Source: Patescibacteria group bacterium | GTDB taxonomy: Bacteria > Patescibacteriota > Patescibacteriia > UBA9570 | Direction of reading: 5' to 3' | DNA: 64,000 bases | NCBI GenBank assembly: GCA_024277435.1 | Contig: JAJRVJ010000005.1 | Coordinates: 25,747-89,746 of the forward strand | In this document: piece by piece, positions 51,880 through 61,444 of the stretch | How positions within the stretch are numbered: the first letter of the stretch is position 1 | Layout: each line of letters starts with the position of its first letter | Position numbers and translations under genes: made by a program | The notes under the pieces: generated by a model | What the model saw: the letters and a program-made list of their open reading frames with translations, nothing else | Told to the model about the DNA's origin: nothing | Databases searched by the model: none

Positions 51880-53658
51880 TTAATCGGAAATATGTTTCGT
51901 TAAGTAACGACGACGCCAGTTATGATAATGCTTTTCTTTTATTTCTTCTTCCAAGGTTGGGCGGTATAATACATCGATATAATCTTCTACCATGCGCTGA
52001 GCTGAAAAATCCTGCCACACTAAACCAATTGTCTTCTTCATACGCTCAACCCACTCATTCGGTACATTCTTATCATCACGTTTATAAAATATATCTGTCA
52101 TTTCACCTTCAAGTAATTTGTATACATGCTCAGCTGGATTATCAGGATCTAATGTCCAGCCCATACCATCTAAACTTACTTCAGCAACCCAACCATCACT
52201 TACTGAACACTGTAAAATGCCATTGGCTGCCGCTTTCATTCCGCTGGTACCACTAGCCTCCCGGCCATAGATGGGAGTGTTTAACCACACGTCAGAACCA
52301 GATACTAATACATCAGCTAATTTAATATTATAATCTGGTATAAAAATAAAATCATTTTCAAGCCCATTGTCTTTAATGGCTTTCAATATACGCTTAATAA
52401 TTTCATGTCCTAACGTATCCGCTTGATGAGCTTTGCCAGCAATGAGAAATTTAACAGGTTTGTGTGCATGAAAAATAATATCCTTTAAACGCGCAATATC
52501 TTCAAATATTGTTTCCGGACGTTTGTATGACGCAAATCGACGCGCCCATGTAACGATCATGGCATCTGGATTAATTTCTCTACCAGTTCGATATTTTACT
52601 TCATCACGTAAACGATATTTAGCCATGGTATGTAGTCGCCATAACGCATAATTAGGCAGCTCATCAATTTGCTTCACACTAAACTTTGGCGCTTGAGCTT
52701 TAAGATCAGCGCTTACCCAACTAGGCATATGCACACCATTGGTGATACCCTCCATAGTTTTATCTGGCCATACTTCTTTCGCCATCTTGGCGTGCAATTT
52801 ACTTACCGCATTCATTCGAGCAGCCATATTTAATGCCAAGGCAGACATGCTAAATAATTCTGGTTTACCATCTACTTTTCCTTTATCTAAAATATATTCA
52901 ACCGACAACGTAAGGTCTTCTGCGTAGGTTTTAAGATAATGAATTACCAAATCACGCTGAAACACTTCATTGCCAGCTGGTACTAATGTATGATTCGTAA
53001 ATACAATTTTATTATGCGCATATTCATAGGCCTCCTCGAATGTCATATCATACTCTGCCTGATAATGTGCAGTAATTTCAAAAATCGCAAATGCGGAGTG
53101 CCCCTCATTCAAGTGAAATAATGATGGATGAATATGTAAGGTTCGCAGAGCTCGTACCCCACCAATACCAAGAACCATTTCTTGCAAAATACGAGTTTCT
53201 TTATCACCGCCATATAATCGACGAGTAATCAAACGATGCTCGGATGTATTTTCGGGGATATCAGTATCAAGCAGATACAATGAAACATCCCCTTCAATAT
53301 GTTCCCAAATCTGAAAATGCAACAAGTGCTCATCTACCGGAATAGTGATTTTGATCGGCTCTCCATGACTATCTACTACTAAATTAATTGGCGCCGCCGC
53401 AACATTAAGAAGAGGATATTTTTCTTGCTGCCCTTCCTTTTCATCAATAATTTGTTGAAAATATCCTTCTTTATATAAAAGACCCACCGCTACAAACGGC
53501 AACTCCATATCGTTAGCGGCCTTTACAATATCACCCGCTAAAATACCTAAGCCACCAGAATAAATTGGTAAACGATCGTCTAAGCCAAACTCGGCGCTCA
53601 TGTATGCAATAGGATGCTGTCCAAGCGTCCACCGAAATTTTTGTAAGTCCATAACCAT
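51880..53658 (-). CDS. glgP: alpha-glucan phosphorylase (GT35)
   Basis: YSGGLGILAGD, HLNEGH, TNGVH, ARRFASYKR, EASGTSGMKA. Confidence 0.95.
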   Translation of the reverse strand: MVMDLQKFRWTLGQHPIAYMSAEFGLDDRLPIYSGGLGILAGDIVKAANDMELPFVAVGLLYKEGYFQQIIDEKEGQQEKYPLLNVAAAPINLVVDSHGEPIKITIPVDEHLLHFQIWEHIEGDVSLYLLDTDIPENTSEHRLITRRLYGGDKETRILQEMVLGIGGVRALRTLHIHPSLFHLNEGHSAFAIFEITAHYQAEYDMTFEEAYEYAHNKIVFTNHTLVPAGNEVFQRDLVIHYLKTYAEDLTLSVEYILDKGKVDGKPELFSMSALALNMAARMNAVSKLHAKMAKEVWPDKTMEGITNGVHMPSWVSADLKAQAPKFSVKQIDELPNYALWRLHTMAKYRLRDEVKYRTGREINPDAMIVTWARRFASYKRPETIFEDIARLKDIIFHAHKPVKFLIAGKAHQADTLGHEIIKRILKAIKDNGLENDFIFIPDYNIKLADVLVSGSDVWLNTPIYGREASGTSGMKAAANGILQCSVSDGWVAEVSLDGMGWTLDPDNPAEHVYKLLEGEMTDIFYKRDDKNVPNEWVERMKKTIGLVWQDFSAQRMVEDYIDVLYRPTLEEEIKEKHYHNWRRRYLTKHISD

Positions 53659-53692
53659 GATGGACTGAGTATAGCACTTTTTTGAAGCTATT

Positions 53693-54049
53693 TCAAGATG
53701 AAGGCAACTGCTTATTACACCAATTGTTAAACATATTGGTAATTGCTAGAAAAGCTGGGATGGTTCCAAGGTCATCTACGTATCCAATAACTGGAAGAAA
53801 TAATTCTGGCACCACATCAATTGGAAATAGTATATACAACAGCATAGCAATTCCGGCTAATACATAAGCGGTTTTTGCTTTACCTGGAACTGCGGTATTT
53901 CGTAAGTATGCCCAAGCAATTGGTAGAGTTTTCCAAAACTCCCACCAGGGTGGTAAAAACTGTTTAATAAAATCATTATCTGTAACAGACTTTTTTTCTG
54001 GTGATTCTTTCGGTTCGCTCTGTACCAATGGCAATTTCTCTTCATTCAT
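53693..54049 (-). CDS. DUF1232/YkvA family protein
   Basis: YILFPIDVVPE..PVIGYVDD. Confidence 0.88.
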   Translation of the reverse strand: MNEEKLPLVQSEPKESPEKKSVTDNDFIKQFLPPWWEFWKTLPIAWAYLRNTAVPGKAKTAYVLAGIAMLLYILFPIDVVPELFLPVIGYVDDLGTIPAFLAITNMFNNWCNKQLPSS

Positions 54050-54201
54050 ATATACATTGTAGCACGTTTTAGTACTACCTACTCTCTAACTTCAAGCTGG
54101 ATTGAAGATTAAAGTTACAGCGTAGGTGCCCCGTCTCAACTTTCGTCGATTCGGGGCGCCGCTGGCTTACGCCGGCAGCTCCTTCTAGGAACCTTCGTCT
54201 A

Positions 54202-54666
54202 CTACGTTTCATCATTGCGCAAGATAGGTACGACCTCGCGCTCCACGGCCACAGCCGGGTCCACCATGAGGTCGATGAACCGCGGGTGCCGAGAGCTGGC
54301 TCCGATCCGCTTCTCCCAGTGACTGGCGAAGGCGAAGGGCACGAAGATCGTAATCCAGTAGAGCAGCCAGTCCTCCAGGCAGAACAATAACGCGGCGCCC
54401 AGAGTGTGGACACCGAAGATGCTGTGGAGCAGAACGGCGTAGAAGCCGAACTCCACTAGGTAGCGGAGGATGGTGTAGAGGTACCAAGCTCCGGCCGGCA
54501 CGTACTCCTTCAGGCTGCGCACCCGAGCCACCTCGATGGCCTTGGCCTCTCGCGACTCCCGGATGAGCTGGAAGAGACCCTTGCGGGTCATGGGGATCAA
54601 GATCGCGTACTGCTTAAGGATAATCACGATCTTTGCGAAGATGGTCAGGCTGATGGGATCAACCAT
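54202..54666 (-). CDS. GC-rich orphan membrane protein (154 aa)
   Basis: Mostly G/C-ending codons, own promoter, hydrophobic segments; ATG at 54666 preferred. Confidence 0.7.
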   Translation of the reverse strand: MVDPISLTIFAKIVIILKQYAILIPMTRKGLFQLIRESREAKAIEVARVRSLKEYVPAGAWYLYTILRYLVEFGFYAVLLHSIFGVHTLGAALLFCLEDWLLYWITIFVPFAFASHWEKRIGASSRHPRFIDLMVDPAVAVEREVVPILRNDET

Positions 54667-54791
54667 AGGTCTCAGGTCCTTCAGGCACATACTCAGCGAC
54701 TGTGCCTATTAGGTTGGCGGGGGTGAATGAACAGTATGTCTTGAGTGTGTCTTACGACCCGTAGGGCTACGTGCACACTTAAAGACAGAAC

Positions 54792-54820
54792 AGTATACTT
54801 AATAAGTGATCATTTGTCAA
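54792..54820 (-). promoter_or_regulatory. sigma70 promoter of GC-rich cassette 2
   Basis: TTGACA-N17-TATACT. Confidence 0.85.
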
Positions 54821-54863
54821 TCCTTATGTACAAAAAACCATAATATATGGTAAACATATCTAT

Positions 54864-55532
54864 ATGAGCAAAACGAAACCTAGCAATCGAGGTAAAACTG
54901 AACGCTTCGCAAAAATACAAGAATTCTCTAATGTTCTTCATTTTGGAGCTTCAACAAAGGGTAAGTGGAATAAAAAGGTGTTCAATAATACAAACCCAAT
55001 TATTCTTGAATTAGCATGCGGCAAAGGTGAATATACCGTAGAGATGGCCCGCAGATTTCCTGATAAAAATTTTGTTGGTATAGATATAAAAGGAGAGCGT
55101 ATATACATTGGCGCAAAACAAGCGCTAGAAGAGAACCTAATGAATGTGAGATTTCTTCGTACAAAGATTGAAGATTTAGCTAAATACTTCAAAAAAAACG
55201 AAGTGTCAGAAATTTGGATTACCTTCCCCGATCCATTTCCAAAGATGAAGCAAATGAAACATCGGCTTACAGCACCAAGCTTCATGACTATGTATACAAA
55301 TATATTAAAGCCAAAGGGCTTACTGCATTTAAAAACCGACGCCGGACATTTACATCATTATACAATTGGAACAATGCAGGCTGCTGATTTTAAAATTCGT
55401 AAGATGTCTGAAAACATATACGCGCAAGATACGCTCGCTCATCCCCTACTGGATATTAAAACCAACTTTGAAAATAAGCATTTAGCCGCTGGGAAAAAAA
55501 TTTATTATGTACGTGGTGAAAATCGCAAGTAA
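54864..55532 (+). CDS. trmB: tRNA m7G46 methyltransferase
   Basis: LELACGKG, GIDI, FPDPFPK, HRL, LKTD, TNFE. Confidence 0.95.
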   Translation: MSKTKPSNRGKTERFAKIQEFSNVLHFGASTKGKWNKKVFNNTNPIILELACGKGEYTVEMARRFPDKNFVGIDIKGERIYIGAKQALEENLMNVRFLRTKIEDLAKYFKKNEVSEIWITFPDPFPKMKQMKHRLTAPSFMTMYTNILKPKGLLHLKTDAGHLHHYTIGTMQAADFKIRKMSENIYAQDTLAHPLLDIKTNFENKHLAAGKKIYYVRGENRK

Positions 55533-55535
55533 TGC

Positions 55536-56189
55536 TTACGACAAATAATGCAGCATCAACCAAAAGTGACAGAAGCTTCCAGTAATCACAAATAAGTGAA
55601 AAATTTCATGGTACCCAAATACTTTTATTGGCGGAAGGATTTTTTCGAATACATAAAAAATAACACCGGCCGTATAAATTACACCGCCTAAGGCCAACCA
55701 TGTCATGGCTCCAGGTTCCAACGTAGCTCGTAATGGAATATAGGCAATCATCACAATCCAACCCATTACTACATACATTACAGAATATACCCAAATTGGC
55801 ACTGGGATACTACTTACTTTCAAGTACATCCCTAGGAAAGCCAATCCCCAACTAATTCCAAATATTGTCCAACCCCAGGTACCACGCAAAGCTACTAGAC
55901 TAATAGGTGTATAGGTTGCTGCGATCAACACAAAAATCATCGCAAAATCCATTTTACGCAAAAATGCTTTAGCTCTATGTAGCTGTGGTGAAACTAAATG
56001 ATAAATCGCACTAGCGGTATACAGTAATATTAAACCAGATCCAAAAATAGACACCGTAGTTACTTTACGATCCGATTCATATAAAGCTGCGTAGACAATC
56101 ATAATAATCAAAGCTGCAATAGCTAACCCAATACCAATAGCATGTAACACGCCGCTCATAATATCGTTACTACGATGAGAATTACTCAT
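55536..56189 (-). CDS. hemolysin III / PAQR family membrane protein
   Basis: SAIYH, D..MIFVLIAATYTP, YVVMGW, HEIFHLFV. Confidence 0.92.
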   Translation of the reverse strand: MSNSHRSNDIMSGVLHAIGIGLAIAALIIMIVYAALYESDRKVTTVSIFGSGLILLYTASAIYHLVSPQLHRAKAFLRKMDFAMIFVLIAATYTPISLVALRGTWGWTIFGISWGLAFLGMYLKVSSIPVPIWVYSVMYVVMGWIVMIAYIPLRATLEPGAMTWLALGGVIYTAGVIFYVFEKILPPIKVFGYHEIFHLFVITGSFCHFWLMLHYLS

Positions 56190-56304
56190 AGTTACTACCT
56201 TACAAGAATACCATCCATTTTAGCAATGATACCCTCAATTGACATAGCGCTCTAATAGAGTAAGCTGTGTGCACCCACATTGGGACCACCTCAGGAGAAA
56301 AAAC

Positions 56305-56457
56305 ATGCGTGACTCACGCGTTCAAATATTGGTAGCGGTACTGGCGATCGGCGTACTGGCGTACTTCGGCTACATCAGCGTCAAATCGATCAGCTTCGTG
56401 GAAATGGCCGCCGAGGCCATGAACATCTCCAATCCCACTGCAGATCTGGAGGAGTAA
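56305..56457 (+). CDS. GC-rich orphan 50-aa single-TM peptide
   Basis: TTGACA-N16-TAAGCT (56239-56266), SD AGGAG, ATG at 56305, G/C-ending codons. Confidence 0.7.
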   Translation: MRDSRVQILVAVLAIGVLAYFGYISVKSISFVEMAAEAMNISNPTADLEE

Positions 56458-56475
56458 TGAAGCAGGAGGAACTTC

Positions 56476-56508
56476 CACCCCGAGCACGACCAACGTCGGC
56501 TCGGGGTG
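56476..56508 (+). terminator. 3' GC-rich hairpin closing cassette 3
   Basis: CACCCCGAGC-A-CGAC-caac-GTCG-GCTCGGGGTG; no U-tract. Confidence 0.55.
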
Positions 56509-56644
56509 CGCTCATGTATACACGTACCTTATTCCGAAATTTATAGCTCGCTTTCATTTATAATACACTACTGGACAAATTACCCAAAAAACTGTACAGT
56601 ATACCTCATCTTTGGAGGATATTAATATATAATTTTAAATACTC

Positions 56645-57178
56645 ATGACTAATATTTGGCACGACTTAAAGCCTGGAAACAATGCTCCAGAAGAAGTAAA
56701 TGTGGTTATTGAAGTACCACAAGGTTCACAAAATAAATATGAATTCGACAAAGTTAGTGGTTTAGTAAAGCTCGATCGCGTACTATTTTCTTCAGTACAT
56801 TATCCAGCTGATTATGGAATGATTCCACAAACCTATGCTCCTGATGGCGATCCATTAGATGCTCTGGTACTTGTTACCAACCCAACGATGCCTGGCGTAC
56901 TTATTGAGGCTCGTGCACTTGGTGTAATGAAAATGATTGATAATGGCGAACAAGATGATAAACTACTATGCGTACCAATCAATGATGTACGTTTTGAACA
57001 CATGAAAGATTTAAAGGATGTTCCTCAACGTATCATAGATGAAATTACCAACTTCTTTGAAACATACAAAATTCTCGAAAAAAAAGAAGTAAAAATCACT
57101 GACTGGCTTGACGCTAAAGCCGCCAAAGAAATTATCTTAGAATCCATTCAAGGATATAAAGATAAGTTTGGTAAATAA
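56645..57178 (+). CDS. ppa: inorganic pyrophosphatase (family I)
   Basis: KYE.DK, YP.DYG, DGDPLD, DDKL, FFETYK. Confidence 0.96.
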   Translation: MTNIWHDLKPGNNAPEEVNVVIEVPQGSQNKYEFDKVSGLVKLDRVLFSSVHYPADYGMIPQTYAPDGDPLDALVLVTNPTMPGVLIEARALGVMKMIDNGEQDDKLLCVPINDVRFEHMKDLKDVPQRIIDEITNFFETYKILEKKEVKITDWLDAKAAKEIILESIQGYKDKFGK

Positions 57179-57210
57179 ACCAGCACCTACATAACGCATA
57201 GATGCTGTAT

Positions 57211-57243
57211 AATAACCCCAGTTAATACCTGGGGTTATTTTTT
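57211..57243 (+). terminator. intrinsic terminator of ppa
   Basis: AATAACCCCAG...CTGGGGTTATTTTTT. Confidence 0.85.
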
Positions 57244-57255
57244 ATACCATCCATT

Positions 57256-58538
57256 ATGCCTATAAATCATTCAAACATTCTTGCGCTGTGCTCAGATTGG
57301 TACTACACCTACCTGAATAATAAATTTAAGCATAGCACAACGTATAACCTTACCGTTGTAAAAAGCTCAGAGATCACACAAATTGGTATTGAAAAATTTA
57401 TCGATGCAACAATAACCGGCATTCAGAATAACACAACCCCCTACCAAGGTATTATTGCTACCAATTCACTAGTAGCTGCTATCGCCGCAGTTATTACGAA
57501 ACGCACAGGATTAATCGGCCCGAGCCCAGAGGCTGTATTGCGTTGCCAAAATAAATATATTTCCCGCATGATACAAAAAGAATGTGTGCCAAATAACACA
57601 CCAGATTTTATTGTGAGCTCAGAGTACTTCAAAGATTCATCACAAGCGCCAGCTTTCCCATTATTTATCAAACCAGTTAAGTCACATCTATCACTGTGCT
57701 CGTATCTCGTTAAAAATGATGCCGATTTACGAAAAAAATACATGAATCAACCCCTATCGTTGAAGAAGCTAATGTAGCATATTCTGAACTACAAGGCCTG
57801 CAATATACGAACCAGCCCAATCAACATCGCTTTAATGAATTTATTTGCGAACAAGTATTAGAAGGTGAACAAATTACGATTGATGGCTATGTATATAATG
57901 GTAACGTACAATTTTTTGGTATTACAAAATCTGTGTTCATACCAGATACCATTAGTTTTGACCGATTTGAATACCCGTACCAACTCCCTATCGCCATGCA
58001 AAAAATTATTGAACAATCCTCTCGCAATCTTATCACTGGGATTGGTTTAAATAACAGCTTGTTCAATATTGAGTATAAATTAAATATTAATGATAACACC
58101 GCGCACATCATTGAAATAAATAGTCGATTGAGTTCTCAATTTGCTGTACTCATAGAATCGGTTACTGGACAAAATCCACTTACCAGTATTTGTGATATTA
58201 GTGTAGGTGCACAACCAAGCTTTCAAGATGATTGGTCTAGTACACCATATAATTACTGTACTTCATTTGTATCGCGTGTGTTTGAAAATAAATATATCAC
58301 TAAAATACCATTAGCTACAGAAATTGATGCATTGCAGCACAGGTATCCTAGTGCACAAATTCATAATCTTATAGAGAAACCCAATGCGTACCTTTCAGAT
58401 TATGAGCAAGATAATGATACATATCGTTATGCAATTATTAATGTTGCAGGCGCTACTCTTGAAGAAGTGAATGTAATACACACACAAGTACACACAGAAC
58501 TCGATGCACTTTATGAATTCCAGCCAGCCAAACAGTAG
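57256..58538 (+). pseudogene. ATP-grasp ligase with a frameshift in the A7 run at 57732-57738
   Basis: CQNKY..R and FPLFIKP in the first frame; adding one A gives ...KKIHESTP...EFICEQVLEGEQITIDG...IIEINSR. Confidence 0.75.
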
Positions 58539-58585
58539 GTAATTTTCATGATATACTACTCATAATACAATATGTACCATTATTT

Positions 58586-59500
58586 ATGAACTGGCTAGTC
58601 ATCGTATCCATCGGACATCTCCTAAGTGCGGTTTCGCTTATCTTAAGCAAAGCGCTGCTTAGTGACAAACTGAATAACCCAGTAGTATTTGCATTTTGGG
58701 TAAGCGCATTTGGCCTCATTACACTTGCGGCCATTCCTTTTGGCGTGGTTATACCATCCGCTACAGAATTACTACTGAATTTTATAACTGGCGCAGCATT
58801 TACATTTGCGGTACTACTATTATTTGAAGCCCTAATTAAGGGCGAAGCCTCACGCATTGTCCCATTAGTTGGCGGCGTAATCCCTATCGTGAGCCTGTTA
58901 TTAGAGCGCCTACTGCTAGGAGCTCAGTTAAACATGTGGCAATTAGCTGCCTTTGGAATATTAGTACTCGGTTCAATAGTTATCACCTACGAACCACGTA
59001 AGCCCGGATTTAGTAAGCCAGAAAATCATCGCAAATACATTCTTTTTGGCATTGCTGCTGGTTGCTTATATGGCTTATCATTTGCTCTTACAAAACTCGC
59101 TTTCGAAACACAACCGTTTGTAAGTGCCTTTGTGTGGATGCGTATTGGGGGCTTTATGGCCGCGTCATCGCTACTACTCCCTCGTAAATTCCGATCCCAT
59201 TTGTACGATTCAGCTATGGTATTAAAAACCAAGGTTGGTTTTCTCTTTTTAAGCTCGCAGGTATTTGGTGGAGCTGGTTTTATTCTTGTAAATTTTTCTA
59301 TCACCCTAGCTTCGGTAGCACTTGTAAACGCTATGCAGGGAGTACAATATATATTCTTAATGCTAATGGCTGTTATTGCATCAATTAAATTTCCTAAACT
59401 AGTTCAAGAAAATTTACGACGTGAATCGTTGGTATTTAAAATAGTAGGAACCATTATTATTTCCGGGGGCATTTATATTATTGCCCAGACTGCGCTATAA
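58586..59500 (+). CDS. EamA/DMT family transporter
   Basis: About 10 TMs, GEASRIVP, internal repeat. Confidence 0.85.
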   Translation: MNWLVIVSIGHLLSAVSLILSKALLSDKLNNPVVFAFWVSAFGLITLAAIPFGVVIPSATELLLNFITGAAFTFAVLLLFEALIKGEASRIVPLVGGVIPIVSLLLERLLLGAQLNMWQLAAFGILVLGSIVITYEPRKPGFSKPENHRKYILFGIAAGCLYGLSFALTKLAFETQPFVSAFVWMRIGGFMAASSLLLPRKFRSHLYDSAMVLKTKVGFLFLSSQVFGGAGFILVNFSITLASVALVNAMQGVQYIFLMLMAVIASIKFPKLVQENLRRESLVFKIVGTIIISGGIYIIAQTAL

Positions 59501-59501
59501 G

Positions 59502-61148
59502 TTAAAGTGCGTATATCCGTATGTCATCATCTTGAAATACTGGTTCAATCTGCTGAAGCTCTCGTTTCGTTATAATATAGTTTACTCCCAGTTCACGTAA
59601 AAAATTACGGTCGGTTATTTTTGCGTTAAGAATATTACGATGTGATTTCATTTTTTTGGCATGCAACTTAATATTCTGATAATAACTTTCGAAATACATT
59701 GAATCGTATCCAAAGATTGAACGAATGCCATAAAGGCTGTATAAATTAAGCGGCGATATTTCTGAATACACTAAAGGTTGCTCAATATCTTGTTCTCGCA
59801 AATAGGTTACATACGCCGGTGGATTAAGTAGCGGCTCAGGATCTTGCTGTGGCGTAAACCCGCCAAATACCATCCACTGATTCATAAATGCGATAGCTAT
59901 AATACCAGCCGTATACCACGGTTTCCATAATCGAGTTGTAATTAAGTGTTGTAATACTAATGCGGCCAATATGATTAATGCAAAATCAACAATAAATATA
60001 GCCCTGAATGGTGGGAAGCTATTTATAAATTCTATTGGCCATGTAGTAGGAACCATCATGTATCCTAAGCCAGTGACCGCTACAGCCAACCAAAATATAT
60101 ATGGTGACCAATTAATATCTTTTACACGCCTGATAGCCAGCACTACTCCAATACCAATAAGTACTAATGGTAGTATGCCAATATAGCCAGCACTTTCTAA
60201 ATAATTAAGCGGCCCAGCATAGTCCTGGTAACTACCCCATGCATTTGGATAAATGAACTGTAATAAATTTTGAAGTTGCAAATAACTAGTATCACTTAAA
60301 CCTGTACGATGACTAAGTGAGATAGCTTGTACAAATGGTGTTATCACAAAAAGTACCGCAACCATATTTACTAGAGCAGTAATACCAACCAGCATCCAAT
60401 TTCGCAACGAATTCTTTATTTTATCAGCAAGCACTGGATGTATTAATGGTAAGAAAAAGATATAGAGAAATACTACTCCCATACCATAAAGATAAAATTG
60501 CAGGTGTCCAGCCGTTAAGCTAATGTACTGCGCAATAGTAAATACTACTAACCAAATTGGATTATGCGTTTGTCGATAATAACTAATAGCTGCCAACATC
60601 AATGGAAGCATAGCGATGGCACCAGATATTGTTCCCCAAGCCATCCATCCCAGAAGTGGCGCACTGAGTTGAAAAACAACTCCGCCAAATATAGCCACGC
60701 CTACATCCAATTTCATGCTACGCAAAAATGCATACATACCTACTCCACTTAGTAAGCAATAGACAACAATAATAAATGAAAAGAACGCTAGCGAACTATT
60801 AAATAAGGGTATGAATACATTAAGTGGAGACCATAGAGTAGATTGACCACTAGCAGCCATATTTAAACCTTGAGAATCCCCAGCAAAAATATATGGATTC
60901 ACTACCACGCTATCCCCCTCTTTATATGCAGTAAACATTACGTGAGCATTTGGATATAGCTGCACAACTGAATCTCTAATTAATGGATTCTCCCCTTCTT
61001 TAGGTTCATCCAATAAATAATCGTGCGCCAAATCTGTTGGTAACGGTACTTTTCCCTGAAATATGGTTGGAAACAATACAAATATTGTTGTACTACAAAA
61101 AAATGCTATGGCTATGATATATGATTTGCGCTTCAAGAGTTCTTTCAC
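59502..61148 (-). CDS. YfhO-like GT-C membrane glycosyltransferase
   Basis: NPYIFAG, SPLN, AGHLQF, YIG, GYDS motifs; many TMs; GTG start at 61148. Confidence 0.75.
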   Translation of the reverse strand: MKELLKRKSYIIAIAFFCSTTIFVLFPTIFQGKVPLPTDLAHDYLLDEPKEGENPLIRDSVVQLYPNAHVMFTAYKEGDSVVVNPYIFAGDSQGLNMAASGQSTLWSPLNVFIPLFNSSLAFFSFIIVVYCLLSGVGMYAFLRSMKLDVGVAIFGGVVFQLSAPLLGWMAWGTISGAIAMLPLMLAAISYYRQTHNPIWLVVFTIAQYISLTAGHLQFYLYGMGVVFLYIFFLPLIHPVLADKIKNSLRNWMLVGITALVNMVAVLFVITPFVQAISLSHRTGLSDTSYLQLQNLLQFIYPNAWGSYQDYAGPLNYLESAGYIGILPLVLIGIGVVLAIRRVKDINWSPYIFWLAVAVTGLGYMMVPTTWPIEFINSFPPFRAIFIVDFALIILAALVLQHLITTRLWKPWYTAGIIAIAFMNQWMVFGGFTPQQDPEPLLNPPAYVTYLREQDIEQPLVYSEISPLNLYSLYGIRSIFGYDSMYFESYYQNIKLHAKKMKSHRNILNAKITDRNFLRELGVNYIITKRELQQIEPVFQDDDIRIYAL

Positions 61149-61199
61149 AATATGATAAGTATACCACATGAAAGCACTCCTCAAGTACAGCGGGGTCGA

Positions 61200-61274
61200 T
61201 CAGCAAAAAGCGAACCAGATCGCCAGGTTGAAGGTAATGTAGACGCAGACGGTGAGGAGTGGAAAGCGCAGCAT
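61200..61274 (-). CDS. unannotated 24-aa hydrophobic peptide MLRFPLLTVCVYITFNLAIWFAFC
   Basis: SD AAGAGG before ATG 61274, TGA at 61200; 18 of 23 post-start codons end in G/C. Confidence 0.65.
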   Translation of the reverse strand: MLRFPLLTVCVYITFNLAIWFAFC

Positions 61275-61319
61275 GTCGATACCTCTTATTGAGAGATGAA
61301 GTAGGAAGAGCTGATGAAA

Positions 61320-61386
61320 CAGCCCAAAATTGAACCATTAGAACAATTATGCATTAAGTTATAATTATACTAATGGTTCAGGGCTG
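61320..61386. repeat. long imperfect inverted repeat upstream of the 24-aa ORF
   Basis: CAGCCC..TGAACCATTAG..ATAATT arms paired around a 10-nt loop. Confidence 0.75.
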
Positions 61387-61444
61387 AGTTTTTAATAAAA
61401 GAGCAAAACATGTTATTTTCATAAAAAAACAACGCATCGTGCTA

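Noticed and set aside
37767-55532. rsmG and trmB look Bacteroidota-like (possible HGT)
   Set aside because: Impression from a few motifs only; base composition is host-like and a phylogeny would be required
56457-56546. 29-aa ORF MKQEELPPRARPTSARG... after cassette 3
   Set aside because: Runs through the 3' hairpin into AT-rich sequence; no coding signal beyond an overlapping ATG
61311-61392. CTGATGA followed by a stem, suggesting a hammerhead ribozyme
   Set aside because: The stem is followed by GAGT rather than GAAA, and stems I and III could not be built
50335-61405. boxA-like words in cassette leaders (GTACTTTTATAA, GTTCATTCAC, GCTCTTTTATTA)
   Set aside because: Too divergent from each other, inconsistently placed, and absent from cassette 3
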